From a bacterium (GTDB taxonomy: Bacteria > UBA8248), in assembly GCA_965213685.1 (NCBI GenBank), contig CBDBZY010000031.1, positions 288,001 to 352,000 on the forward strand: 64,000 bases of DNA. The letters run 5' to 3'. The position numbers and the translations under genes were made by a program. Shown here piece by piece: positions 44,529-54,090 of the stretch (position 1 is the first letter of the stretch; each line of letters begins with the position of its first letter). The notes beneath the pieces are model-generated. The model saw only the letters and a program-made list of their open reading frames with translations, did not search any database and was not told the DNA's origin.

Positions 44529-45623
44529 CTACAGCAGGCAGGTGCCGTCCACGCAGACGGGACCGCCTCCGAGCGCCTTGCCGTCCACCGCGCGCAGCAC
44601 CGGGTTCGTCATGTGGCCCCAGCCGGGAATGAAGGCGGAAAAACGGCCCGCCTCCCCTCCCGCCACGAAGAGGTGGATGTTCTCCGGCCCCGGCACGATG
44701 GGGATGCGCTCCTCCGGCGTCCGCCTGTACCACCTGGGGATGTTGCGGTTATAGACCTTCCCGTAGCGATGTTGGAACGAAATGTCGGCGAACGTGTTGT
44801 CGGTGTGCATCCACAAGTAGCGCTTCACGTCGTTTCGCGTCCAGCTTCTCGCGCTGATGGTGGCGGCGTGCTCCGGCCCGATGACGACGGCGCACGAGCC
44901 GCTGCTCACCGCGTTGTTGTGCGCAATCGTGCTCATGGCCGAGCAGACGCTGTCGAGAATCCCCTCGGGATCGTCGGAGACGTGGTTCGTCACGCTGTGG
45001 GGCGCCTCGGCCGCGATGGCGAACACCGTGGAGTCCTCGGGCGCATATCCCTGCTCCACGTGATAGGGCGCCCAGGGACTCGCCTCCTCGTTCTCGGCGA
45101 TGCAGTAGGCGTATTTCGTGGGACAGCCCAGCGTGCTCTTGTCCAGGTCGCCCGGCCACGCGCCGCCCACGTTCAGGAGCATCAGCCGCACCGCCCGGCC
45201 TATCGTCGCGTTCGCGCGGTTGCCCGAACCGAAAACGTTGCAGCCCGCGTTCATGCCGATCTCCCCCCGCACCGGCCCGTTCACGACTATCAGCGGACAC
45301 GCCATGTGGGTGGTGGCCTGCACGCCGTTGAGGTTGAAGTGCGGGTCGCAGAGCGCGCGCATCGCCGCGCGAACGACGGGCGCGTATTCCGCCCGGCAGC
45401 CCGCCATCACCATATTGATCGCCAGAGTCTCTCTCGTGAGATTCCCCCAGCGCGGGGGCACCCGGCACTCGACGCGGTCTTTATCCCCACCGAGCGCCGC
45501 GACCGCGGCGTCCACCTTCCCGGGGGTGGGCGGTGCCACGGGAAGCCCGTCCGAGAAGCCCTCCTCGTAGTAGTGCTCCACCAAATCGACTTCAGGGTCC
45601 ACCGTCCGCGTCGTTTGCGACAT
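44529..45623 (-). CDS. Conserved hypothetical protein (typical neighbour of UGSC proteins)
   Basis: DGLPVAPPT, AINMVMAGC, GNRANATIGRA, AENEE and a C-terminal CVDGTC. Confidence 0.8.
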   Translation of the reverse strand: MSQTTRTVDPEVDLVEHYYEEGFSDGLPVAPPTPGKVDAAVAALGGDKDRVECRVPPRWGNLTRETLAINMVMAGCRAEYAPVVRAAMRALCDPHFNLNGVQATTHMACPLIVVNGPVRGEIGMNAGCNVFGSGNRANATIGRAVRLMLLNVGGAWPGDLDKSTLGCPTKYAYCIAENEEASPWAPYHVEQGYAPEDSTVFAIAAEAPHSVTNHVSDDPEGILDSVCSAMSTIAHNNAVSSGSCAVVIGPEHAATISARSWTRNDVKRYLWMHTDNTFADISFQHRYGKVYNRNIPRWYRRTPEERIPIVPGPENIHLFVAGGEAGRFSAFIPGWGHMTNPVLRAVDGKALGGGPVCVDGTCLL

Positions 45624-45721
45624 ACGCCATCACTCCTGTTCTCTGCGTCCCGCGCGATGAGGCCGCCATCATAAACCGAATCCCGCAAAAGACAAAGACG
45701 GGCGCACGAGGGCTCTCCCCC

Positions 45722-46363
45722 TCACGCCTCCGGCAGGAGGGTTCGCGCGTCCTGGAGCGCGGCCTCGGCCTGGGCGGGCGCCAGCCCTCGCGCACCCGAG
45801 AGGTTGACGCCCCGGATGTCGGCCATCTCCATGTCCGCATCGTCCAGGAGCGCGCCGGCGAGATTCGCGCCCGCGAGCCGCGCCCGCTGCAGCGACGCCC
45901 CGCGCAGGTCGGCCCCCTCCAGGTCGGCGTTCGTCAAATCCGCGAATTTCAGGTCCGCCGACATCAGGTTCGCCCCGGACATCCGGGCGGCTGCGAGGTT
46001 CGCACCCTCGAGGTTCGACTGAAACAGGTCGGCGGACTCGAGTTGGGCGTCCGAGAGGTCCGCCCCGCCCAGGTTCGCCCACTGCGCGTCCGCCCGGCCG
46101 AGGCGCGCCCCCCGCAAATCGGCCTTCGAGAGATTCGCCATGAACAGGTTGGCGGACTCGAGGCGCGCACCCGCCAGGTCGGCCCGCTCCCCGCTCGCAC
46201 CGGCACTCTCGAGCCACCTGCCGTGGGCTTCGGCCTTCTTCCGGAACAGCGCCTCCCGCTCCGCCGGGTCGGGCGCCATGGGCAGGCCGGGGCCCCGCGC
46301 GGGCGGCGCATCCCCGGATGCGGCGCCGCCCCTTTTCCGGAGCCAGCCGAGAATCTTCCTCAT
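45722..46363 (-). CDS. Pentapeptide repeat protein
   Basis: Long A(D/N)Lxx tandem repeats. Confidence 0.92.
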   Translation of the reverse strand: MRKILGWLRKRGGAASGDAPPARGPGLPMAPDPAEREALFRKKAEAHGRWLESAGASGERADLAGARLESANLFMANLSKADLRGARLGRADAQWANLGGADLSDAQLESADLFQSNLEGANLAAARMSGANLMSADLKFADLTNADLEGADLRGASLQRARLAGANLAGALLDDADMEMADIRGVNLSGARGLAPAQAEAALQDARTLLPEA

Positions 46364-46420
46364 GACGGCGACACCTCGCTTCCGCCCTCCACCAGGGCGC
46401 CCGGCGGGGTGCATCCTTCC

Positions 46421-47221
46421 TCAAGCGGCGAGGGAGGCGAGGAAGTCATGGCATATCCGCGCGAAGGCGTCGGGCCGCTCGATGAGCGCCACGTGGCCCG
46501 TGCCCTCCAGGACGATGAGCCTCGAGCCCCTGATGCGGGCGTGCATCTCCCGCGCGTGGTGGGGGTCGACGATCAGGTCGCGATCCGAGCAGGTGATGAG
46601 CGTGGGCGCCTCGATCCGGTGAAGGCGCTCGAGGGTGTCTCCCTCCAGGCAGGCCTGGAGCTGCCCCTCCCAGCCGACGTCCTCTCCGGATCGCTCCATG
46701 AGCCACCGCCTCTTCTCCTCCAGCGCATCGGCGTTCGCGTCGTAGAATACGTGGGAATACAGCCCCAGGAGGCTGATCTCGACGAGCGCCTCGCGCTCGC
46801 CGCGCGCGGCCAGACGCTTGCGGGCGCGCTGAAACGAGGCGAGGCGCGCGCAGTTTCTCGCCCAGGTGTGGTGGAGGCCCAGACTGAGGACACGCTCCGG
46901 ATGGCGCAACGCGAGTTCGGTCGAGATGTGTCCCCCCATGGAGAAGCCCATGACGTGGGCGCACCCGACGCCTGAGGCGTCCAGAACGCAGGCGGCGTCC
47001 TCGGCCATGTCCGCGAGGGAATACCCGGGAGGGGGAGCCGCACTCCTGCCCACGCCCCGGTTGTCGAGGACGATACAGCGGTAATCCGCGCTCAACAGGG
47101 GCAGTTGGCCCGACCAGAAGGTGTGGTCGTGGCCCGTTCCGCTCACCAGCAGAAGGGGCGGCCCCTCCCCTTGCGCCTCATAGAAAATCTCCGCACCGGA
47201 GCGCGACCGGACGAACGGCAT
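46421..47221 (-). CDS. Alpha/beta fold hydrolase
   Basis: DNRGVGRS, GFSMGG and TGH motifs. Confidence 0.92.
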   Translation of the reverse strand: MPFVRSRSGAEIFYEAQGEGPPLLLVSGTGHDHTFWSGQLPLLSADYRCIVLDNRGVGRSAAPPPGYSLADMAEDAACVLDASGVGCAHVMGFSMGGHISTELALRHPERVLSLGLHHTWARNCARLASFQRARKRLAARGEREALVEISLLGLYSHVFYDANADALEEKRRWLMERSGEDVGWEGQLQACLEGDTLERLHRIEAPTLITCSDRDLIVDPHHAREMHARIRGSRLIVLEGTGHVALIERPDAFARICHDFLASLAA

Positions 47222-47253
47222 CGGGGATGCCCTCCCTGAAAGGGCGCGCGGCC

Positions 47254-47934
47254 TCACATTCGCGGTTCATCCTCGGGACCCCAGAAAAACGGGTCCAGCA
47301 ACAGACCCTCCCGGGGGATTCGGGCGCGCGGCGCCAGCCCCTGCTTGCGCTTGAGGCGCTGAATCGTCCGCAAGTGCACCAGCCCCTCCCAGTACATCTG
47401 CAGGAGCATCCCCCCGAGGGTGAACGTAAATTTCGTCTCATCCTCCACGTCCTGCGATATTCCCCCTTCGTGAAACGTGGAGACGTGCATCCAGAACCGG
47501 TAGACGGGCAGCGCCGTGTCCCCCATCAGCAGGTCGGGCCGGAACGCGCGGGTGATGCGCAACGCCCGCAAATCATCCGCGCTCCTGCCCTCGGCGGCGC
47601 GCTCGGCGAAGGAGATCGCCTCGTCGAACTTGGGCAGCAGGTCCTCCAGCTTCCAGTATCTCTCCTCATCCAGCCTCCGATCATACCGATCGGGAGCGGC
47701 CTGCGAGAAATCCACCGGGTCCTCGGGCGGGTTCTCCGGCCAGAGGGTTTTGCCCCACATCTTCGCCCACCAGAAGAAATACGCGAGCGCCACATGGCTT
47801 ATCTGCCGCCGGACGCTCCAGCGCGACCAATCCTCGGAGGGGTACTCCCAGTCGAGCTGGGCGTCGGTCAGCCCGTCCACCTCCTGATGAAACATCGCGC
47901 GCAGCGCCTGAAAATCGGGGACTCCCTCACGCAC
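47254..47934 (-). CDS. DinB-like family protein
   Basis: GLTDAQLDW...WSVRRQISHV...HLRTI pattern. GTG start after GGAG. Confidence 0.65.
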   Translation of the reverse strand: MREGVPDFQALRAMFHQEVDGLTDAQLDWEYPSEDWSRWSVRRQISHVALAYFFWWAKMWGKTLWPENPPEDPVDFSQAAPDRYDRRLDEERYWKLEDLLPKFDEAISFAERAAEGRSADDLRALRITRAFRPDLLMGDTALPVYRFWMHVSTFHEGGISQDVEDETKFTFTLGGMLLQMYWEGLVHLRTIQRLKRKQGLAPRARIPREGLLLDPFFWGPEDEPRM

Positions 47935-48032
47935 GTCCGCCTCCTCTCCTCCAGCCGACCCTTCGCCGACGCCAGCCTCCCGTCCGCCACCGCGCAATCG
48001 GCGACTCGCACAGGATACACGCCCGGCGGCCG

Positions 48033-49580
48033 CTACAAAACCCGCAAATCCCTGCCCGTCATCTCCGGCGGCGGCGCAATCCCCATCAACCCCAGCAGGG
48101 TGGGCGCCACGTCGCACAGCGCGCCGCCCGCCCGCAGCGGGGCGTCGAACCCGGGCGCCGCGACGACGCACGGCGTCTCGTTCAGGGTGTGCGCGGTATG
48201 GGGGCAGGCGTTTTCCGCATCCCACATGACCTCGCAATTCCCGTGATCCGCCGTCACCACCGCGGCCCCCCCGACCCGCTCCAGGGCGCGCAGGACGCGC
48301 CCGAGGCAGGCGTCCACAACGCGGACCGCCTCCACGGCGGCGCTCTCCACGCCGGTGTGTCCCACCATGTCCGGATTGGCGTAGTTCACGACGATGGCGT
48401 CGTCCTCCCCGCCCGCGACGGCGTCCAGAACCACCCGCGTGACCTCCCCGGCGCTCATCTCCGGCTGGAGGTCATAGGTGGCCACCCGGGGGGAGGGAAC
48501 CATCCGCCGCCTCTCCCCCGGAGGCGGCTCCTCGACGCCGCCATTGAAGAAATACGTGACGTGCGGATACTTCTCCGTCTCGGCGACCCGCAGGCACGTT
48601 CGCCCCGCATCCGCCAGCGCATGGCAGAACAGCCCCTCCATCCGCAAGGGGGGAAACGCCACGGGAAGCGCCAGGCGTTCGTCATACTCCGTCATGCAAA
48701 CGTAACCCACCCGCGGCCTGCCGGAAACGTCGAAGCCGCCGAAGCGCTCCTCCGTGAACATCCGGGTGAGCTGCCGCACCCTGTCCGCGCGGAAATTCAT
48801 GCATATCACGGCGTCGCCATCCCGAATCAGCCCGACCGGGCACCCGTCTTCGCGCAGCACCACCGGCTCGATGAACTCATCCGTCACGCCCCGCGCATAG
48901 GAGGCCTCTATCGCCTCGCAGGCGCTCCGCGCGCAAGCGCCCTCGCCCGCCACCATCGCCCGGTAGGCCCGCTCGCTTCTCTCCCAGCGCTCGTCGCGGT
49001 CCATGGCGTAGTAGCGGCCCATGAGGGTGGCGACCCTGGCGTCCGCCTCGCGCCGCAAACTCTCCGCATACCGCCGGACGAACGCCAGGCCCGAGCGGGG
49101 GGGCGTGTCCCGCCCATCGGTGAAGGCGTGCGCGAAGATGCGCTCGACTCCCGCCTCCCGCCCCATGCGCGCCAGCGCCACCCCGTGCTCCTGCAGGCTG
49201 TGGACGCCGCCGTCGGAGACGAGGCCGAGGATGTGCAGCGCCCCGCCCCGGGCCCGCGCCTTCCGGAGACAGTCGACGAACGCGGGGAGGGCGAAGAAAT
49301 CCCCCTCCCCGATGGCGCGACCGATGCGAACGACCTCCTGGTTCACCACCCGGCCCGCGCCCAGGTTCAGATGCCCCACCTCGGAGTTGCCCATCTGGCC
49401 GTCGGGAAGCCCCACGGCGCGCCCGGAGGTGCGGAGGCGGGCGCCGGGCCGGCCGGCCAGAAGGCCGTCCATGGTCGGGGTGTCGGCCAAAGCGGCGGCG
49501 TTGTGGGCGGGATCGGCGGACAGCCCCCATCCATCGAGAACGACGAGCATGACGGGACGAGGAACGCGCAATGGTTTCAC
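48033..49580 (-). CDS. gpmI: 2,3-bisphosphoglycerate-independent phosphoglycerate mutase
   Basis: LDGWG, QMGNSEVGH, AETEKYPHVT, NPDMVGHTG and TADHGN motifs. Confidence 0.97.
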   Translation of the reverse strand: MKPLRVPRPVMLVVLDGWGLSADPAHNAAALADTPTMDGLLAGRPGARLRTSGRAVGLPDGQMGNSEVGHLNLGAGRVVNQEVVRIGRAIGEGDFFALPAFVDCLRKARARGGALHILGLVSDGGVHSLQEHGVALARMGREAGVERIFAHAFTDGRDTPPRSGLAFVRRYAESLRREADARVATLMGRYYAMDRDERWERSERAYRAMVAGEGACARSACEAIEASYARGVTDEFIEPVVLREDGCPVGLIRDGDAVICMNFRADRVRQLTRMFTEERFGGFDVSGRPRVGYVCMTEYDERLALPVAFPPLRMEGLFCHALADAGRTCLRVAETEKYPHVTYFFNGGVEEPPPGERRRMVPSPRVATYDLQPEMSAGEVTRVVLDAVAGGEDDAIVVNYANPDMVGHTGVESAAVEAVRVVDACLGRVLRALERVGGAAVVTADHGNCEVMWDAENACPHTAHTLNETPCVVAAPGFDAPLRAGGALCDVAPTLLGLMGIAPPPEMTGRDLRVL

Positions 49581-49624
49581 GAGGCCTTTGCGTGCAGAAG
49601 CTGAAAAAGAGCGGAGCCGCTCCC

Positions 49625-50497
49625 CTATTTCGGGTCAAAGACGCGGACGAACCGCCTCGTCTTCTTGTCCCACATCCAAAATTCCTTTACCGGAAACCGC
49701 TCGACGGAGACCGAATCCTTCCCGTTTCCGCCGCGCGCGGCGGACACCCGCGCCTCGTATCTCCGCACCCCCTTCAGGATCAGGGTGGCCGGGTTGCCCG
49801 GACCGTTGAAGCGAAAACGAACCCGGGCGCGCAGGCTTTCGCTCCTTTGCACGCTGCGGCTCTCCGCCTCGTCCAGATACTCTTTCGGCCACCGCAAATT
49901 CTCCTGCAGGCGCGCGAACCACACCATCTCGAAGCGGCGCTTCCGGATCGCCTTGATGACCCGCACGACGTCTGACTGTCGGCCGTTGGCGCCCTCCCGA
50001 ACGTTCATGATCAGCTCGCTCGTGCCGTCCGCCGTCAGGTCGGCTATCTGGTAGGTGACCTCCCTCCCGTGACTCAGGTCGCTGTAGGAGGCGAGCGGTG
50101 CGCGCCCGTTCTTGTCGTCATCCATCAGACAAAAGGTGATGTAGTGCGTTTTGCGGGGATCCGACTGGATGACCATCAGGGTTTCGAGGCGCTTGTCCGC
50201 GTCCATGTTGAGGGGAATGAAATCCACCGAGAAGGCGTAGTCGCGCAGATGCCCGGAGGAGAGATACCAGGGCCACTCGTTTTCCGGCAGCGGACAATTC
50301 GACAGCGCGTTCAGCTGTATGTTCTGATCCGGGGAGAACAGCTTGCGGGCGAGGCGCCAGTCCGCGCGCCTCCCCAACCGCTTGAGGTGGGCGACGAGGC
50401 GAGAGACGCGGTCCTGGCGGACGGGTTCGGCGGCGGCCGCAAGCCCGCCGAGGCCCCAGAGCGAGACGAGAAGCCATGCGGTACAGGCCATCCCCAT
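49625..50497 (-). CDS. Hypothetical exported protein
   Basis: Signal-peptide-like N-terminus and DxDxD-like motifs. Co-oriented with its neighbours. Confidence 0.65.
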   Translation of the reverse strand: MGMACTAWLLVSLWGLGGLAAAAEPVRQDRVSRLVAHLKRLGRRADWRLARKLFSPDQNIQLNALSNCPLPENEWPWYLSSGHLRDYAFSVDFIPLNMDADKRLETLMVIQSDPRKTHYITFCLMDDDKNGRAPLASYSDLSHGREVTYQIADLTADGTSELIMNVREGANGRQSDVVRVIKAIRKRRFEMVWFARLQENLRWPKEYLDEAESRSVQRSESLRARVRFRFNGPGNPATLILKGVRRYEARVSAARGGNGKDSVSVERFPVKEFWMWDKKTRRFVRVFDPK

Positions 50498-50595
50498 GCG
50501 GCCTCTCACGATGCGTCCTCCCCAGAACGCCCCGGCCCCTTCGCCGAAATCCCGCGCGTCGTCGGCTCCCGGCAAGGGAGCGCCAGCGAAGCCTG

Positions 50596-51558
50596 CTAGG
50601 GCCGGAGCAACACCTTGATTATCCCCTTTTCGCGGGCTTTTTCAAACGCCCGGGGCGCGTCCCGCAAGGCGAAACGCCCATGAATCATGGAAGATACGCG
50701 CAGCGCGCGCGTCTTGAGTGCGCGAATCGCGGGGGCGAAGGGGCCGCAGCGCGAACCCAGGAGGGTGATTTCATCCACCACCAGGGCGGAGAGATCCACA
50801 GAGACCATCGAGGCCACCGTGCTCTTGAGCACCAGGACGCCCTTGGGTTTCGTCTTGGAGGCGGCGAGGGAGAAGCCGCCTGCCGCGCCGGTGGCCTCGA
50901 CCACCACGGGCCACCTCCGCCCTCCGGAGCAGACGGCCTCCGCAGGCTCCGTCCAGGCGGGAATCCCGAACGGGGCGAGCAGCGCCATTTTTCTCGGGTG
51001 GCGGCCCAGCACGCCCACCTTCGCCCCGGCGGCGCGAAGCACCTGGGCTTGCAGAAGGCCGAGGCGCCCGTCGCCCACGACCAGCACCTCCCGCTCCAGG
51101 ATTTCGGGAAACTGCCCGATCACCTCCAGGCAGGCGGCGATGGGTTCACAAAAGACAGCCTCCTCGTCCTCCACGGAGTCGGGGAGGGGGTGCAGGTTTT
51201 CATCGGGCAGGCAGGCGTATTCCGCAAACGCCCCGGCGCGGCCGAGAATGCCGAGGACGCTCCTCTGCGGGCAATGCCGCCCCATTCCGTCCGCACACCA
51301 GGCGCAGCGCCCGCATCCGCAATTTATCTCGCCCACGACCCTGTGCCCCAGGAGCGGGTGCGCCTCCGGCCCCGCCACCTCGCCCACGAACTCGTGGCCC
51401 GGCACGCCCCGAAAATTCATGTATCCGCGGAGCAACTCCAGGTCGGTGGCGCAAATGCCCGCGAGCCGCACCCTGAGGAGCGCCTCCCCGGGCGGCGGCT
51501 TCGGGCACTCCACCTCCTTGAGGGAGGGACCGCTTTCCTCCAGGACGTATGCCAGCAA
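50596..51558 (-). CDS. Zn-dependent MDR alcohol dehydrogenase family
   Basis: GICATD, GHEFVG, CGRCAWC...C and GDGRLG motifs. Confidence 0.92.
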   Translation of the reverse strand: MLAYVLEESGPSLKEVECPKPPPGEALLRVRLAGICATDLELLRGYMNFRGVPGHEFVGEVAGPEAHPLLGHRVVGEINCGCGRCAWCADGMGRHCPQRSVLGILGRAGAFAEYACLPDENLHPLPDSVEDEEAVFCEPIAACLEVIGQFPEILEREVLVVGDGRLGLLQAQVLRAAGAKVGVLGRHPRKMALLAPFGIPAWTEPAEAVCSGGRRWPVVVEATGAAGGFSLAASKTKPKGVLVLKSTVASMVSVDLSALVVDEITLLGSRCGPFAPAIRALKTRALRVSSMIHGRFALRDAPRAFEKAREKGIIKVLLRP

Positions 51559-51614
51559 CCGATGACGCCTCTCTCTTCTCCGGGCGGCGACGAGCGGCGC
51601 GGACGCGCTGTGCC

Positions 51615-52346
51615 TCATTCCTGCGACTTCAGGGCCTCCCGCACGCGGCCGACCCCCAGATGCTCGGCGATGACGTCCTCGCGCGCGAGGAGCTCCGCAC
51701 TGCTCCCCTCGAAGGCGATGCGCCCGCGACTCAGCACGTAGAAGTAATCCCCCACCTCCAGGGCCAGGGAGAGGTTCTGCTCGACGAGCAGGATGGAGAG
51801 GCCGTGGGTGCGGGTCTGGAGGATTCCGTCCCGGATGGCGCGGACGAGGCCCGGCGCGAGGCCCTCGGTCGGCTCGTCGAGCAGGATGAGCCGCGGCCGC
51901 GCCACCAGGGCGCGCGCGATCACGAGCATCTGCTGCTCGCCTCCGCTGAGGCTGCCCGCCCGCTGGCCGGCGCGCTCGGCCAGAACCGGGAAAAACGCCA
52001 GCGCCTCCCCGACGCCCCCCGCCTCCGCGCGCGGGCTGGCCTGCGCGGCGACCCGGATGTTCTCCTCGACCGTCAGGGAGCCGAACGGACGTCTGTCCTC
52101 GGGCACGTAGGCGACCCCCATCCGGGCGATCCGGTGGGCGGCGAGGGCGTCGATCCGCCGATCCCCCAGGGCGACCTCCCCCGAGGTGGCGGGCGCCAGG
52201 CCCATGATGGCCTTGAGCGTCGTGCTCTTGCCGGCGCCGTTGCGGCCGATGAGGCAGACGATTCTGCCGGCGCCCACCTCGAGGCTGACGCCGTGGAGAA
52301 CGTGGGCGCTCCCGTAATGGACGTGAAGCGAGGAGACCCGCAGCAT
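51615..52346 (-). CDS. Branched-chain amino acid ABC ATPase (LivF-like)
   Basis: GRNGAGKST, LSGGEQQ and DEPTEGL motifs. Confidence 0.93.
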   Translation of the reverse strand: MLRVSSLHVHYGSAHVLHGVSLEVGAGRIVCLIGRNGAGKSTTLKAIMGLAPATSGEVALGDRRIDALAAHRIARMGVAYVPEDRRPFGSLTVEENIRVAAQASPRAEAGGVGEALAFFPVLAERAGQRAGSLSGGEQQMLVIARALVARPRLILLDEPTEGLAPGLVRAIRDGILQTRTHGLSILLVEQNLSLALEVGDYFYVLSRGRIAFEGSSAELLAREDVIAEHLGVGRVREALKSQE

Positions 52347-53104
52347 CAGCCCCCCTCCACTTCCACGGCGCCGAGGTAGGCGTCCTGCACCAGCGGGTCC
52401 CTGCTGATCCGCTCCGGCGATCCCTGGGCGATCACCCGTCCCTGCGTCATCACGGTGATCCTGTCCGAAATCGAGAGCACCACCTCCGTGTCGTGTTCGA
52501 CGAGAAGGACGCTCGTCCTCTCCGCGATGCGCCGCACCAGGCGGGCGATGCGCTCCGTCTCCGTTCGGGACATGCCCGCCGTCGGCTCGTCGAGGAGCAG
52601 CACCTCGGGGTTCAGCGCCAGCCCGATGGCGACCTCCAGCACCCGCTTGTCGCCGTGCCCCATCTCCTCTGGCCGAAGGTGCGCCTTCTCCAGCAGCCCG
52701 ACCACCCGCAACGCCTCCTCCGCCTCCCCGCGGGCTTCCCGGCAGGCGCTCGCCTTGCGGAAAAAGTCGAAATTCCGGCCCTGCCGGGAGCGCGCCGCCA
52801 GCTCCACGTTCTCCCGGGCGCTCAACTCGCCGAATACCTGGGTGATCTGAAAGGTCCGCACCACCCCCGCCTTCACCAGCCTGTGGGAGGGGAGGCGGGT
52901 GACGTCCTCCCCCCCGAGGAGCACCCTGCCGGCGTCGGGGCGGAGGAAGCCGGTGATGCAATGGAACAGCGTCGTCTTGCCGGCGCCGTTCGGCCCTATC
53001 AGCGAGTGCACCTCGCCGGCCGCGACCTCGAGGGTCACGTCATGGACGGCGCACAGGGCGCCGAAGGATTTGCGAAGGCCCTCGATCACGAACGCGCTGG
53101 CCAA
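52346..53104 (-). CDS. Branched-chain amino acid ABC ATPase (LivG-like)
   Basis: GPNGAGKTT, RTFQ and DEPTAG motifs. Confidence 0.93.
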   Translation of the reverse strand: MASAFVIEGLRKSFGALCAVHDVTLEVAAGEVHSLIGPNGAGKTTLFHCITGFLRPDAGRVLLGGEDVTRLPSHRLVKAGVVRTFQITQVFGELSARENVELAARSRQGRNFDFFRKASACREARGEAEEALRVVGLLEKAHLRPEEMGHGDKRVLEVAIGLALNPEVLLLDEPTAGMSRTETERIARLVRRIAERTSVLLVEHDTEVVLSISDRITVMTQGRVIAQGSPERISRDPLVQDAYLGAVEVEGG

Positions 53105-54090
53105 AATCGTCTCCAGATTCTCTCGGCGATGCCCGCGATCCCCGACGGCATGAAGAGGACGGCCAGCACGAAAGCCAGCCCGAAGGAAAATTGCCACGCG
53201 CGGAACATCGTCGTCACATGATCGCGGATGAACACGAAGCCTATCGCCCCGACGATCGGGCCGAACAGCGTTCCGATGCCGCCGAAAATCGTGATGGCCA
53301 GTATGTTGCCCGACTCGATCCAGTAGAGCGACATCGGGTTCGCGCCCGCCTTCAGGAAGACGAAGAGCGTTCCCGCGACGCCGCCCACCATCCAGGAGAG
53401 GACCAGAACCGCCAGCTTGTGGCGCGGCACGTCGATTCCGATGGCGGCCGCCCTGTCCTCGTTCGAGCGAATCGCCAGGAGGGTGTGCCCGAACGGAGAG
53501 GCCACCAGCCTGCGCAGGAGCAGGTAGGAGACGATGAGCGTGGCGGCGGTCAGCAGGTAGAATTCCCCTCCGGGTTCCACCGTGCGGCCCAGCAGCTTCG
53601 GCAGCGGAACGCCGATGAGCCCGTCCAGCCCGCCCGTGACCGAGCGCCACACGACGGATATCTGGAACAGCACCTGGCAGATGCAGAGGGTGAGGATGGC
53701 GAACGCGATTCCGGACAGGCGGGTCACGACGAGGCCGGTGAGGAGCGCCACGCCCGCGGCGGCGGATACGGCGGCGGCGGCGGAGAGGAAAAAATCCGCG
53801 GACACGTTCTGGGCGAAAATCCCCGCGGCGTAGGTCGCGAGGCCGAAGCTCGCGGCATGGCCGAACGACACCAGCCCGGTGTATCCCACCAGCAGGTCCA
53901 GGCTCATCGCCCAGATGCCGAAAATCAACGCCTCCGTCAGCAGGGTGATGAAAAACGGGTTGACGTCCAGGAGGGGGACGGCCAGGGCGAGGGCCGCGCA
54001 CGCCGCGAGGAGAACCCGCACGGCGACCTCGCGCGAGCGGGTACTGCCCGCGTCCGCCGCCGGGCTTGCCGCGTCAGGCGATTCGGCCAC
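53086..54090 (-). CDS. Branched-chain amino acid ABC permease (LivM-like)
   Basis: GYTGLVSFGH and SPFGHTLLAIRSNE motifs. Confidence 0.93.
   Translation of the reverse strand: MAESPDAASPAADAGSTRSREVAVRVLLAACAALALAVPLLDVNPFFITLLTEALIFGIWAMSLDLLVGYTGLVSFGHAASFGLATYAAGIFAQNVSADFFLSAAAAVSAAAGVALLTGLVVTRLSGIAFAILTLCICQVLFQISVVWRSVTGGLDGLIGVPLPKLLGRTVEPGGEFYLLTAATLIVSYLLLRRLVASPFGHTLLAIRSNEDRAAAIGIDVPRHKLAVLVLSWMVGGVAGTLFVFLKAGANPMSLYWIESGNILAITIFGGIGTLFGPIVGAIGFVFIRDHVTTMFRAWQFSFGLAFVLAVLFMPSGIAGIAERIWRRFWPARS

Noticed and set aside
45780-46190. 15-bp periodic DNA repeats
   Set aside because: Explained by the pentapeptide-repeat protein. No CRISPR array was seen anywhere in the window.
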